From the IMG/VR virus record IMGVR_UViG_3300042542_004122, positions 1 to 64,000 of that record: a DNA stretch of 64,000 nucleotides. One strand, written 5' to 3'. Numbering within the stretch: the first letter of the stretch is position 1; each line of letters opens with the position of its first letter. Under the pieces are notes generated by a model. It worked only from the letters and a program-made list of their open reading frames with translations, had not been told where the DNA came from and searched no databases. This stretch comes from a virus. The position numbers were made by a program, and so were the translations under genes. Below are positions 54,785 to 64,000 of the stretch, one piece after another.

Positions 54785-56533
54785 ATGAATTACCAAGAGC
54801 TAAAAGAGCTTGTAAAAAAGCACTGTCATCTTTATTACGATGTGAATCGTCCAGAGATATCAGACCAAGAGTTTGATCGTCTATATGACACTCTAGAAGC
54901 CTTTGAAGATGCCCAGGGATGGGCAGATTATGATTCTCCTACCAAAAAAGTAGGGGGAACCAGTGGTAAGGTAAAACATAAATATAAGTTATTCTCGCTT
55001 AGGAAAGTCTATGACCAGGAAGATATTAACCCATCTTTCAAAATCAAGACCCCTAAGGTTGATGGTGCTAATATTTCTATCATCTATGTAGATGGCAAGA
55101 TGGTTCTTGCTATGACTAGAGGTGATGGTGAGTTCGGAGAAGACGTAACTCATCTGGTTAAACATATTCAAAATGTCCCTGCAACCGTAAAATCAACCCA
55201 TAAGGAATTGGTTATTAACGGAGAGTGCGTAACAGATAATGAGGTTACTAATTTTCGTAACTATGTGTCTGGCGCTCTAGGTCTAGACTCAGCAGAAGAG
55301 TTTAAAACCAGAAACATTAAATTCATAGCCCATGATTGGCTAGGTGTAGATATTGACTATACAGCACGAATGAGTGTTGTAAAAGCAATGGGATTTAATA
55401 CCGTATTTGATACGGAATTCTGTTCTAAATATCCGCACGATGGAGAGGTATACCGACTTGATTCTTATAAAGAAAGTGTCGAGCTAGGTTGGACCTCTAA
55501 ATATCCTAGGTTTTCAGTAGCCCTTAAACCTAGAGGTCTTCTTACGGCTATTGCCGAACTACAGAATGTAGTTTGGGTAGTAGGACGTACAGGCTCCGTA
55601 AATCCAGTAGGTATTGTTTCTCCAATCACTCTGGATGGTGCTGTCATTACTAGAGTAACTCTTCATAATATTGGTATTATCGAAGAGCACAAACTAGCTC
55701 TAGGAGACATCATTGAGATCGAAAGGGCGGGGGGAGTTATTCCTAAGTTCCTAAAAGTAATTGATAGAACTAATACTAACTCAAAAATTACAGCCCGTCA
55801 CGCAGAAGAGCAGTTAGGTATTAAAACGTATAGAAACGGACCTAAGCTTTTTTGTGAAGATCACGAAGATCTAAGTGCCCCTAAAGCCTTAGAGCACTTT
55901 ATCAAAATTATGGGTATCAAAGGGCTAGGTCCATCTAGTGTTAAAAAGATGGAACTTACTCACCCACTAGATCTCTACAAAGATCAAAAGTGGGCTGCCT
56001 TAGGCGCTAACGGCCCCAAGATTAAGGCAGAAATTGATAAGAGTAAAAACAAACCTTACTATATTGTCCTAGCAGCTCTAGGAATACCGCAGGTAGGGCT
56101 AACAGCTGCTAACAGTATTGTAAGTAAAATTCCGAGGTTTGATAGGCTGAGGGATATCGAGACAGTAAAAGTTGATGGAGTAGCGGAAAAGACTATCAAT
56201 AGTATTCTCAGCTGGTTAGACGTCAACGAGGAGTGGGTATCAGAGCTCCCACTAAATCTGTCTCAGGACCTTACTACGGAAGCTATCACGGCTCCAATAA
56301 AGAAGGATAAAAAGATCTGCATAACAGGTAAATTCGATCTAACTCGAGAAGAGTTAACTGAGATTTTATCTGGCTATGGTTACGATGTTAAGACATCCGT
56401 AACACGCGATCTCTATGCTCTTATTAGCGGTGGAGATTCCACTTCTAGTAAGTTCAAAAAAGCTGAACAGTACGGTATTACTATCATAGATTTTTGGACT
56501 AATAAAGAAAAGATTTTAACTGGTCAATTCTAA
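54785..56533 (+). CDS. ligA: NAD-dependent DNA ligase
   Basis: YY..ISD.EFD, KVDG, TRGDG, VGRTG, TLHN, HhH, BRCT. Confidence 0.93.
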   Translation: MNYQELKELVKKHCHLYYDVNRPEISDQEFDRLYDTLEAFEDAQGWADYDSPTKKVGGTSGKVKHKYKLFSLRKVYDQEDINPSFKIKTPKVDGANISIIYVDGKMVLAMTRGDGEFGEDVTHLVKHIQNVPATVKSTHKELVINGECVTDNEVTNFRNYVSGALGLDSAEEFKTRNIKFIAHDWLGVDIDYTARMSVVKAMGFNTVFDTEFCSKYPHDGEVYRLDSYKESVELGWTSKYPRFSVALKPRGLLTAIAELQNVVWVVGRTGSVNPVGIVSPITLDGAVITRVTLHNIGIIEEHKLALGDIIEIERAGGVIPKFLKVIDRTNTNSKITARHAEEQLGIKTYRNGPKLFCEDHEDLSAPKALEHFIKIMGIKGLGPSSVKKMELTHPLDLYKDQKWAALGANGPKIKAEIDKSKNKPYYIVLAALGIPQVGLTAANSIVSKIPRFDRLRDIETVKVDGVAEKTINSILSWLDVNEEWVSELPLNLSQDLTTEAITAPIKKDKKICITGKFDLTREELTEILSGYGYDVKTSVTRDLYALISGGDSTSSKFKKAEQYGITIIDFWTNKEKILTGQF

Positions 56534-56585
56534 TTTAACAAAAATTCTAAAACTACCAATTAAGAAAATTGTTTACACTTTAATC

Positions 56586-56614
56586 TTGCTTAGCTCTTAG
56601 ATCGCTGATATAAT
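56586..56614 (+). promoter_or_regulatory. phage promoter TTGCTT-17-TATAAT
   Basis: Read directly. Confidence 0.75.
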
Positions 56615-56676
56615 CTGAACATAATCAATCGGGAAACATCTGATTGAAAACAAAATAAAGAGGAAAATTAAAAACA

Positions 56677-57354
56677 ATGTCAAAGTTTGAATACACTGAT
56701 GAGATGGTTGCTCGTATGCAGTCACTCTGCGCAGGTGGAGTAACTGAGGAAGTTGTAGAGTCAATCTGCACTGAGTTCGAGTTCCCACGCCGTTCAGTAA
56801 CCGCCAAGCTACGTAAGCTAGGTTACGACGTGCCAAAGAAGCCCGGCGCAGCTCCTATCTTCTCTCCTGAGGAGACTGAGGCACTAAAGCAGTTCCTAGT
56901 CGCTCATAGCGGACAGCACACTGCAGAAGAGATCGCTGCTAAGTTTGGTAATGGCAACTTCAATGCTCGCCAGATCAACGGTAAGGCTCTCTCACTAGAG
57001 ATGACTCAGCACATCAAGCCAGCCGAGAAGAAGGTAGCTCCAAAGAGCTATTCAGTCGAGGAAGAGGCTCTTGTTCGTAAGATGGTTGAGGAGGGTGCAT
57101 ATCTCGAGGATATCGCTGCTCGCCTAAACAAGCCAGTCAACTCTGTTCGTGGTAAGCTTCTATCAATGGAGCTAAAGGCCCCACAGCGTGACAAGAAGGC
57201 TACAAAGACTGACCCATATGAGGGTATCGAGGATATGGCCGACAAGACCGTAGCCGAGATCGCAGCTCACTTCGGCAAGACTGAGCGTGGTGTTCGCACC
57301 GTTCTCACTCGTCGTAAGATGGCTTGCGCTGATTACCAGCCAAAGGCTGAGTAA
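56677..57354 (+). CDS. T5 D5-like repeated-HTH DNA-binding protein
   Basis: Repeated EIA...SV.xKL units; follows the ligase as in T5. Confidence 0.8.
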   Translation: MSKFEYTDEMVARMQSLCAGGVTEEVVESICTEFEFPRRSVTAKLRKLGYDVPKKPGAAPIFSPEETEALKQFLVAHSGQHTAEEIAAKFGNGNFNARQINGKALSLEMTQHIKPAEKKVAPKSYSVEEEALVRKMVEEGAYLEDIAARLNKPVNSVRGKLLSMELKAPQRDKKATKTDPYEGIEDMADKTVAEIAAHFGKTERGVRTVLTRRKMACADYQPKAE

Positions 57355-57377
57355 TAACTCAAGTAAATTGAGGGGAA

Positions 57378-57412
57378 GAAGCGGTAGGTGTAACTCACCT
57401 GCCGCTTTTTTA
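57378..57412 (+). terminator. intrinsic terminator
   Basis: AGCGGTAGGTG/CACCTGCCGCT plus T-tract. Confidence 0.8.
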
Positions 57413-57420
57413 TTGGTGAA

Positions 57421-57738
57421 ATGGAAAAAGATTTAGAACCTTTTGAATTATTTAATGTGCCAGAAAGCACGTTAAACTATATATTATCACTTCCTGAAGA
57501 AGAAAAAACAGGCTACTTTCATTCCATAATCTCCAGATATTACGAAGATAAAGAATTAAGTAGTGAAAAATATAAAGAACTTCAGATAGCCTATAGAGCA
57601 AGTTTTATGCTAGAAAAAATATATCGAAACAATAAAGCCCTAAGAGATGGCTTTCGACCGGTGTATTCTAAGACGGGCTTAATTAGAGATTTGACTAATG
57701 ATTTATATTTTATAGCTGAAAACCTACACGTTCATTAA
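57421..57738 (+). CDS. hypothetical protein
   Basis: ORF track. Confidence 0.65.
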   Translation: MEKDLEPFELFNVPESTLNYILSLPEEEKTGYFHSIISRYYEDKELSSEKYKELQIAYRASFMLEKIYRNNKALRDGFRPVYSKTGLIRDLTNDLYFIAENLHVH

Positions 57739-57781
57739 AGTTTAAGCTAGTTAAATTGTTTGAAAAACGATAATATATAGT

Positions 57782-58789
57782 ATGACTAACTTACAAGGAT
57801 ATTGGCTCAAAGAAGAGCCAACATACAGACTTGCAACTTGTTGTATGTTTGATAAACCGCCTTTAGATAAAATGAATATGGGCACGACTACAAAAACTAG
57901 TGCTCTTTCTAATTATCGAAAGGCTTTAGATAAAGCCGTTTACAACGCAAATAAACTTTTAGAACAGATTAAATTTCTATCTTCTCAGCCCAAAGAGCTT
58001 AGATATTGGAGAATTAGTTCTGAACTATTCCCTTGTTATACGGTAAAGGAGATACATCCATATTATGGAGAAATTACAGAAACACTTAAAGATATTCTGG
58101 GACGTGCTGGTGAACTCGCCATTTCTAGCGGGATTCGCCTTTCTAGCCATCCTGGTCAGTATACTGTCCTTGGTTCAAACCGTGCTGACGTGGTTACAAA
58201 CTCTATAGAAGACCTGCATTATCACGCACAGATATTTAAGTGGATGAATATACCAGCAAAAGAAGCTATTATCAACATCCATTTACAAGGTCTCTACGGA
58301 GGTAAACACTCAGACGGTATTAGTAGATTTGCTACCAATTACAGATACTTAGATGACTATACACAAAAAGCATTGACAGTCGAAAACGAAGACAAACCTA
58401 ATGGTTATGATATTGAGCACACACTAGAGCTAGCCAGTATCATACCTATTAGATGTATGCTAGACGTACATCATTACTACTGTCATCGTAAGGGTGAAGA
58501 GTATATTACTCATACGCATCCGTACTTTAAAGAATTCTTAAAAACCTGGTATCCAATTCGCCCAGCTATGCATAAAAGCCAGAGTAAAATTGGATCATCT
58601 AGAATGAATGAACATTCAGACGAGTTTCACGATGAATTCTTTGCTAGCCTAGCAGTGCCTATGTTAGAGTATACAGACATAGAGTGTGAGCTTAAAAACA
58701 AATGGACAGGTGTTCAAAACTTTTACAACTATGTAAAAGAAGAAGAACAAATGGCCGGAGAAAATCTAAGCCTAAAAACAGTAAATTAA
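57782..58789 (+). CDS. uvsE: UV-damage endonuclease UvsE
   Basis: RISSELFP, RLSSHPGQY, VENED, LDVHH, H.D, E.K. Confidence 0.9.
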   Translation: MTNLQGYWLKEEPTYRLATCCMFDKPPLDKMNMGTTTKTSALSNYRKALDKAVYNANKLLEQIKFLSSQPKELRYWRISSELFPCYTVKEIHPYYGEITETLKDILGRAGELAISSGIRLSSHPGQYTVLGSNRADVVTNSIEDLHYHAQIFKWMNIPAKEAIINIHLQGLYGGKHSDGISRFATNYRYLDDYTQKALTVENEDKPNGYDIEHTLELASIIPIRCMLDVHHYYCHRKGEEYITHTHPYFKEFLKTWYPIRPAMHKSQSKIGSSRMNEHSDEFHDEFFASLAVPMLEYTDIECELKNKWTGVQNFYNYVKEEEQMAGENLSLKTVN

Positions 58790-58882
58790 TTCAATACATT
58801 TCTACATATTAATGCGTTAGTTTCAATTCAAGTTGACTAACGCATTTTTATTTGCTAGAATCTATTGATATAAGGATTAAAC

Positions 58883-59647
58883 ATGGCAGTAAAAAAAGAA
58901 ATACCTGAGTCTAAAATTCGACAGGTTATCTGGATGCTCAAGGCAGGTAAAACTAAAAAGGCCTGCTGCGAACATCTTGGTATTGCGTATAATACCAAGA
59001 GACTAGATACTATTATCACAGAATTCAAAGAAGGTCTTGAAAGAGAAGAACGCCTTAAGAAAGAAATTCGCTCTAAACCTATTGATGAGGCAACAAAAAA
59101 ATCAATTATAGGTTCATACCTAAAAGGAGAAAGTACTTCTTCTATTGCAGAAAGTCTATATCTAACTCCTCAGAAAATTAAACAAGTTCTTATCGAAGGT
59201 AACGTACCTATTAGAGCACGCTCAAAAAGAGGCGAGGCTAATGTAGACCATGTTATTCAAGACCTAGATAAAAAGTTCGTCAAGGGTGAAAAAGTATTTG
59301 TTGCAAAAAATAACAGTTTTGCTATAGTAAAAGAAATATACGACGAAGAGTATTTAGAGAGATTCGACAATGCTCATCTAAAGTCGGTAGAATTACATTC
59401 TTGGGCTAAGTTAGCTCCTGACCAAGAGCCTGTAGAGGGTATTCATTATGAATCATACTACATCCTTGATGACGGTAGTCAGTGGAAAAGATTCGCTGCC
59501 CAGAATTTTATTAACAGAGTCACAAAAATAATCGAAGAAACAGGAAGAGAAACTTATCTAGTATATCATATCGGTGATTATTCATATTTCGCCGAATACT
59601 ATAGAAGAGATCTCTTTCCTATAGCAGGGAGTAACCCAGTTGCTTGA
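58883..59647 (+). CDS. T5 D2-like protein
   Basis: TKKACCEHLGIAYNT N-terminus resembles T5 D2. Confidence 0.65.
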   Translation: MAVKKEIPESKIRQVIWMLKAGKTKKACCEHLGIAYNTKRLDTIITEFKEGLEREERLKKEIRSKPIDEATKKSIIGSYLKGESTSSIAESLYLTPQKIKQVLIEGNVPIRARSKRGEANVDHVIQDLDKKFVKGEKVFVAKNNSFAIVKEIYDEEYLERFDNAHLKSVELHSWAKLAPDQEPVEGIHYESYYILDDGSQWKRFAAQNFINRVTKIIEETGRETYLVYHIGDYSYFAEYYRRDLFPIAGSNPVA

Positions 59648-61010
59648 TCTACAAAAACTAACTCTAGGTAGGCTTTTGGCTACTAGAGATAACGATTTCT
59701 ATTCAAAACTTATGCCGGAATATTTCTCTGGCATGAGTCTTGTGCTATTTGATAAGATTAAAAACTTCTATAAGGCTAATCTTAGACTGCCTAGCATAGA
59801 AGAATTACTAATTGTACATAAAGATGTTGCTTTACAAGACTATATTGATACTCAGATTCTATCTGATACTAATAAGTACGAAACTATTGCTAATGCATTT
59901 CTAGTAGGTCAGTTACAAGATCATTATGTAAGAGAAGATACTATCAGATTTCTAGACAAGTTTATGGATGATTTTGAAAACTATGAAAAAGTAGAAATCA
60001 TTGATAAACTGCAAGAACACGTTTTACAACTTAATAAAGCGTCTCCATCAGTAGATGAACTATTTGATGTAGGAGAATTAGAATTCTTTCCTAAAGGAGA
60101 CGACTTTACCCTATATCCATCAGGTCTTAGTACTGAATATGATTCAGTTAATGGAGGATTTGCTCTTCAGGAACTAGTCCTTCTAGGCGGTCGTAGAGGT
60201 AGTGGAAAATCTATTATAAGTTTGAATTGCGCCTTTAATCGTTTCAAACAAGGCGCTACTGTAGCTTTCTTTACCATTGAAATGAGATACAAAGAGGTAT
60301 ACGATCGACTTCTATCTATAATTAGTGAAGTTCCATTTCTGGATATCTATAGAAACGAACTAAAAGAAGATCAAAAGTTAAGAATACTTCAAGCTAAGGT
60401 AAATACTTTTTATCAGCCAGAACCAGAGCTTTTAAAGCTAGTAGATGAAACTACTAGAACTAAAGACTTTGATAGGTTTGAACTAGAGATGAAAAATCGA
60501 AAGTTTCCTATGAAAGATAATAGGTTCTTTCTGATAGACGATGAAAGCTTGAATCTTTCTAGAATAGATCACTATTGTAATCTATTCAGTAGTAAATATC
60601 CTAACTTTAATATGGCTGTAGTTGACTACATCAACATCATTAAGATACCAGATCAAAAAGACTGGAAATCTCAGATCGTATTGTCAGACAGCTTGAAATC
60701 TGTAGCAAGAAAGTATAATATAACAGTGCTTTCTCCTTTCCAGATTGATTCTTCTGGAGAAGCGCGATTTGCAAAAGGTATCTTAGATTTCGCAGACAGA
60801 GCTTTTAGCTTCATGCCTGTAGATCAGGAAAAAGATCCTAATAAACTGAAAATGTTAACCTCTAAGATAAGAAATGGTAAAACGATTAACTTTGAAGTAT
60901 TCATGAACTGGCCTTGTGTTAAGATTGACCCAAGCCAGAGTAAAGTAATTAATGAACAGCTTCTACCCGGTGAGAGATACGGATCAGAAGAATCATCAAA
61001 GGATTTATAA
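59640..61010 (+). CDS. DnaB-like replicative helicase (T5 D6-like)
   Basis: GRRGSGKS, FTIEM, VDYIN, KIRNG. Confidence 0.9.
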   Translation: MLDLQKLTLGRLLATRDNDFYSKLMPEYFSGMSLVLFDKIKNFYKANLRLPSIEELLIVHKDVALQDYIDTQILSDTNKYETIANAFLVGQLQDHYVREDTIRFLDKFMDDFENYEKVEIIDKLQEHVLQLNKASPSVDELFDVGELEFFPKGDDFTLYPSGLSTEYDSVNGGFALQELVLLGGRRGSGKSIISLNCAFNRFKQGATVAFFTIEMRYKEVYDRLLSIISEVPFLDIYRNELKEDQKLRILQAKVNTFYQPEPELLKLVDETTRTKDFDRFELEMKNRKFPMKDNRFFLIDDESLNLSRIDHYCNLFSSKYPNFNMAVVDYINIIKIPDQKDWKSQIVLSDSLKSVARKYNITVLSPFQIDSSGEARFAKGILDFADRAFSFMPVDQEKDPNKLKMLTSKIRNGKTINFEVFMNWPCVKIDPSQSKVINEQLLPGERYGSEESSKDL

Positions 61011-61015
61011 AATAA

Positions 61016-61873
61016 ATGGATCTTATAACTATATTAGAAGATAGAGGAATTCCTTTTAAGAAAACAAATAATCCTTCTACTATCTTAATTAAATGCACTT
61101 CTGGTTTACACGAAGATAGAGATCCTTCACTAAGCTATAACTTAGACAAAAATGTATTTAAATGTTGGAGTTGTGACTTTAAAGGCGGAGGATCTAAGTT
61201 TTTGCAATCTATAGGAATTGTAACTAGAGTTCCCATAGAAACTAAGCAAAGATTTAAAATTCAAAAGCTTAAACAGAAAGTTACGTCTTTTATTGAAAAA
61301 GACAATCTAAAGTTACCTAATAACAGGACAGAAGTAGATTTTCCGTTTAAAGGAATATCTGAAGAAGTATTGCAAGAATTTGGAACATTCCTAACTCACG
61401 AGATGGGAATGGAAGATTATATTTGCATACCAGTCTATCAATTTGGTAGACTAAGATTTATAGAAGGTCGATTAAGACTTACTAGTAGTAAAAAACCGAA
61501 ATACTTTCGTAGACCTATGGGAGCCTCTGTTACACAGATACTATTCCCATTAGATAAAATAGAACAAACAAAAGAAATTATATTAGTAGAAGGTATATTC
61601 GATATGTTAAATATGTGGCAGCACGGATTTAGAAATGTTCTATGTATATTTGGGACTCAAAATTTTGGTCCTAAAAAAGTAGAACTTCTAGATCAAATAG
61701 GAATTACTAAAGTTCATCTTCTAATGGATGGAGATTCTGCTGGTATAAGAGCTGCTGCTAGTATTCAAAAACTACTAGAACTAAATAACATAGAAGTAAG
61801 AAATATAAGCTTACCTCCAGGAAGAGATCCCGGAGATCTATCAAAATATGAATTGGAACAAGCAATAAAATGA
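61016..61873 (+). CDS. DNA primase
   Basis: C..H.D..PS..C..C zinc domain; TOPRIM VEGIFD, DGDSAG. Confidence 0.92.
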   Translation: MDLITILEDRGIPFKKTNNPSTILIKCTSGLHEDRDPSLSYNLDKNVFKCWSCDFKGGGSKFLQSIGIVTRVPIETKQRFKIQKLKQKVTSFIEKDNLKLPNNRTEVDFPFKGISEEVLQEFGTFLTHEMGMEDYICIPVYQFGRLRFIEGRLRLTSSKKPKYFRRPMGASVTQILFPLDKIEQTKEIILVEGIFDMLNMWQHGFRNVLCIFGTQNFGPKKVELLDQIGITKVHLLMDGDSAGIRAAASIQKLLELNNIEVRNISLPPGRDPGDLSKYELEQAIK

Positions 61874-64000
61874 CAAAACTAGCTTTCGTATGTGCGTCTG
61901 TCGCCGATACAACTTTAGACTCATGGCTTAAAGAACTAGCACCCACATCCCTACATTCTAAGTATGATATTAAGTACCTATGCTCATCTCCTAAGGATAA
62001 GATCCTTAAGAAAGATGTAGATCTCGAAATGACAGTACTAGATACATATCCTTATATTGTACCTGTAGGTGCCGAAGCTCTTAAGCATGTATGTGGTATG
62101 ACTGGAATAACTAAATACAATGGAACCATTGTAAAAGATAAGTATATTCCATTGATGCACCCTAATATCATATCTGTTAAACCACAGAGTAGAGATGATA
62201 TTGTTAAAGCCCTATCTACTATTTCTCAAATCGTAGATGGTAAATATAACGTAGTCGTAAATGATAAGACCCATCTGTATATAGATAATGAGGAATCATA
62301 TAATCAATATATGTCTTCTAGCTTTATAGATGCTAAAGAAGTAGTATGCGATATCGAAACTACAGGTCTATCTTTTATGGACAATGACATAATCGGGGTT
62401 GCTTTTAGTACTAAACCTCACGAAGGTGTATTTATATCTATTGATATAATTCTAAAGCATAAAGAAGAAATTAAAAATCTACTTAAAACTAAAAAGGTAA
62501 TATTCCATAACGGCAAATTCGATCAACAGTTCTTGAACTATCAACTAGGTTGGGAGTTTCCTGACTTTGAGGATACCATGCTTCTTCACTATTGCTTAGA
62601 AGAAGCCGTAGGCACGCATGGACTTAAGCCTCTAGCTATGAAATATACCGATCTAGGCGACTATGAGCGCGAACTAGACGAATATAAAAAAGCTTTTTGT
62701 AGAAAAAGCAAGCTCAAGCTCGAAGATTTTAATTATGGAATGTTACCCTTAGACATCCTAGCTCCTTATGCTTGTAAGGATGCGGATGCTTCTTTTCAAC
62801 TATACCTAAAATTCAAACCTCTTGTTGATAAGAATCCAAAATTTAAAAGTCTCTATGAGACAATTCTCCTACCTGCTAGTAAATCACTAATGGTTCTAGA
62901 GAGAAACGGAGGCCCTATTGATGTATCCTTCGCCCAAACTCTTGTAGATAACTACAAAGTAGAAATTGATAAAACTCTAAAAGAGATTTATCAAGATGAA
63001 GCTGTTGCTAGATTTGAGCGTATATATGAAAAAACGTTCAATCCCAATAGCACTATGCAACTTAGAGAACTTTTCTTTACTATTCTAAGATTAGAGCCAG
63101 TAAAGAAAACAGATTCCGGCGCTTGGTCAACAGATAAGGAAGTTCTAGAAGAACTAGATCATCCTCTATCTAATCTAATACTAGATCTTCGTAAAAAGAA
63201 AAAGATCCAAGATACATACCTTGAAGGTATTATTAGCGGATTAAGCTCTGATAAAAGACTACGTAGTGGTTTCAATATTCATGGAACTACCAGCGGACGT
63301 CTATCTAGCTCTGGAGTAATTAATTATCAAAATATTCCTCGAGACAATAAGGACATCAAAAAGATGTTTAAAGCCCGAGAGGGTTATAAGATAGTTCAGG
63401 GAGACTTGAAGACTGCGGAAGTGTATTACGCAGCAGTTCTCAGTAATGACGAATTCTTACAGAAAGCGTTCGTAGAAAAACTAGACTTCCACTCTTACAT
63501 TGCTAAACAGATTTTCAATTTGCCGTGCAAGGTAGAAGAAGTTAAAAAACTATATCCAGATAATAGACAGTGGGCAAAAGCAATTACATTCGGTATCATG
63601 TATCAAGCAGGGCCGGGTAAAATTGCAGAAACTGCTAACGTTACCTATCAAGAAGCTAAAATGTTTATTAATAAATACTTTAGAGAAGCTAGTAATCTAA
63701 AGATATGGATTGATCATGCCAATGATTTCATTGCAAGCAATGCCTATATCTATAGCTTCTTCGGCAGAAAGCGCCGACTTCCAGAGAGTAAATCTCCAAA
63801 TAGAGGCGTAGCAGGTCACGCAATTAGGTCTGGGGTTAACTTCTTAGTACAGAGTGTAGCGTCTGACATTAATCTTCTAGGTCTTGTAGATGCTATGAAA
63901 TGGATACAAGATAACAACTATCAGAAAGAGATCATACCTTTTACCGTTGTTCACGACTCTATAGTCGCGGAAGTAAGAGAAGATCTAGTTGATACCTGGG
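61870..64000 (+). CDS. polA: family A DNA polymerase (T5-like), runs off the right edge
   Basis: Manual reading: CDIETTG exonuclease motif, GTTSGRLSS, RQWAKAITFGIMY, VHDS. Confidence 0.92.
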   Translation, partial: MTKLAFVCASVADTTLDSWLKELAPTSLHSKYDIKYLCSSPKDKILKKDVDLEMTVLDTYPYIVPVGAEALKHVCGMTGITKYNGTIVKDKYIPLMHPNIISVKPQSRDDIVKALSTISQIVDGKYNVVVNDKTHLYIDNEESYNQYMSSSFIDAKEVVCDIETTGLSFMDNDIIGVAFSTKPHEGVFISIDIILKHKEEIKNLLKTKKVIFHNGKFDQQFLNYQLGWEFPDFEDTMLLHYCLEEAVGTHGLKPLAMKYTDLGDYERELDEYKKAFCRKSKLKLEDFNYGMLPLDILAPYACKDADASFQLYLKFKPLVDKNPKFKSLYETILLPASKSLMVLERNGGPIDVSFAQTLVDNYKVEIDKTLKEIYQDEAVARFERIYEKTFNPNSTMQLRELFFTILRLEPVKKTDSGAWSTDKEVLEELDHPLSNLILDLRKKKKIQDTYLEGIISGLSSDKRLRSGFNIHGTTSGRLSSSGVINYQNIPRDNKDIKKMFKAREGYKIVQGDLKTAEVYYAAVLSNDEFLQKAFVEKLDFHSYIAKQIFNLPCKVEEVKKLYPDNRQWAKAITFGIMYQAGPGKIAETANVTYQEAKMFINKYFREASNLKIWIDHANDFIASNAYIYSFFGRKRRLPESKSPNRGVAGHAIRSGVNFLVQSVASDINLLGLVDAMKWIQDNNYQKEIIPFTVVHDSIVAEVREDLVDTW

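Noticed and set aside
734-61946. Many short opposite-strand ORFs in the track (e.g. 15024-15305, 19938-20285, 34899-35360, 52670-53038)
   Set aside because: Antisense shadows of well-supported genes, with no recognisable motifs.
1-64000. Genome-wide TAG recoding (code 15) suggested by the CUA tRNA
   Set aside because: Long conserved genes are intact in code 11, and several end at TAG at their expected C-termini (iscA, HNH, cyclase, GT4).

Overview
This window is part of a large, AT-rich lytic dsDNA phage genome with T5-like organisation (A2-, D2-, D3- and D5-like proteins, PC4-like SSB, NAD-dependent ligase, DnaB-like helicase, primase, T5-type family A polymerase, many TTGCW-17-TATAAT promoters). 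A two-piece tmRNA with an ANDN...LAA tag, the PstS type and a ROSE-like thermometer suggest an alphaproteobacterial host. Layout: 1-30.3 kb is minus-strand small/early genes, auxiliary metabolic genes, about 33 tRNA genes with structured non-coding elements between them (including a probable GOLLD RNA with an embedded tRNA) and a lysis cassette. 30.4-38 kb is a plus-strand operon: autotransporter-like protein, CsgF, CsgG, curlin-like protein, FecR protein and CHASE2 adenylate cyclase. 38-45 kb is minus-strand IF-1, nucleases, methylase, Hsp20 and Fpg. 45-64 kb is plus-strand bS21, tmRNA, a glycosyl/methyltransferase cluster and the replication genes. The most striking observation is at 11.1-11.7 kb: an amber-suppressor tRNA(CUA) directly followed by a leader peptide MFKQTA-UAG-ARGPP, whose RNA forms a 13-bp hairpin over the Shine-Dalgarno of the next gene, i.e. 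a candidate readthrough-gated translational switch. All protein calls come from motif recognition by eye and all RNA folds were worked out by hand; no database search was run.
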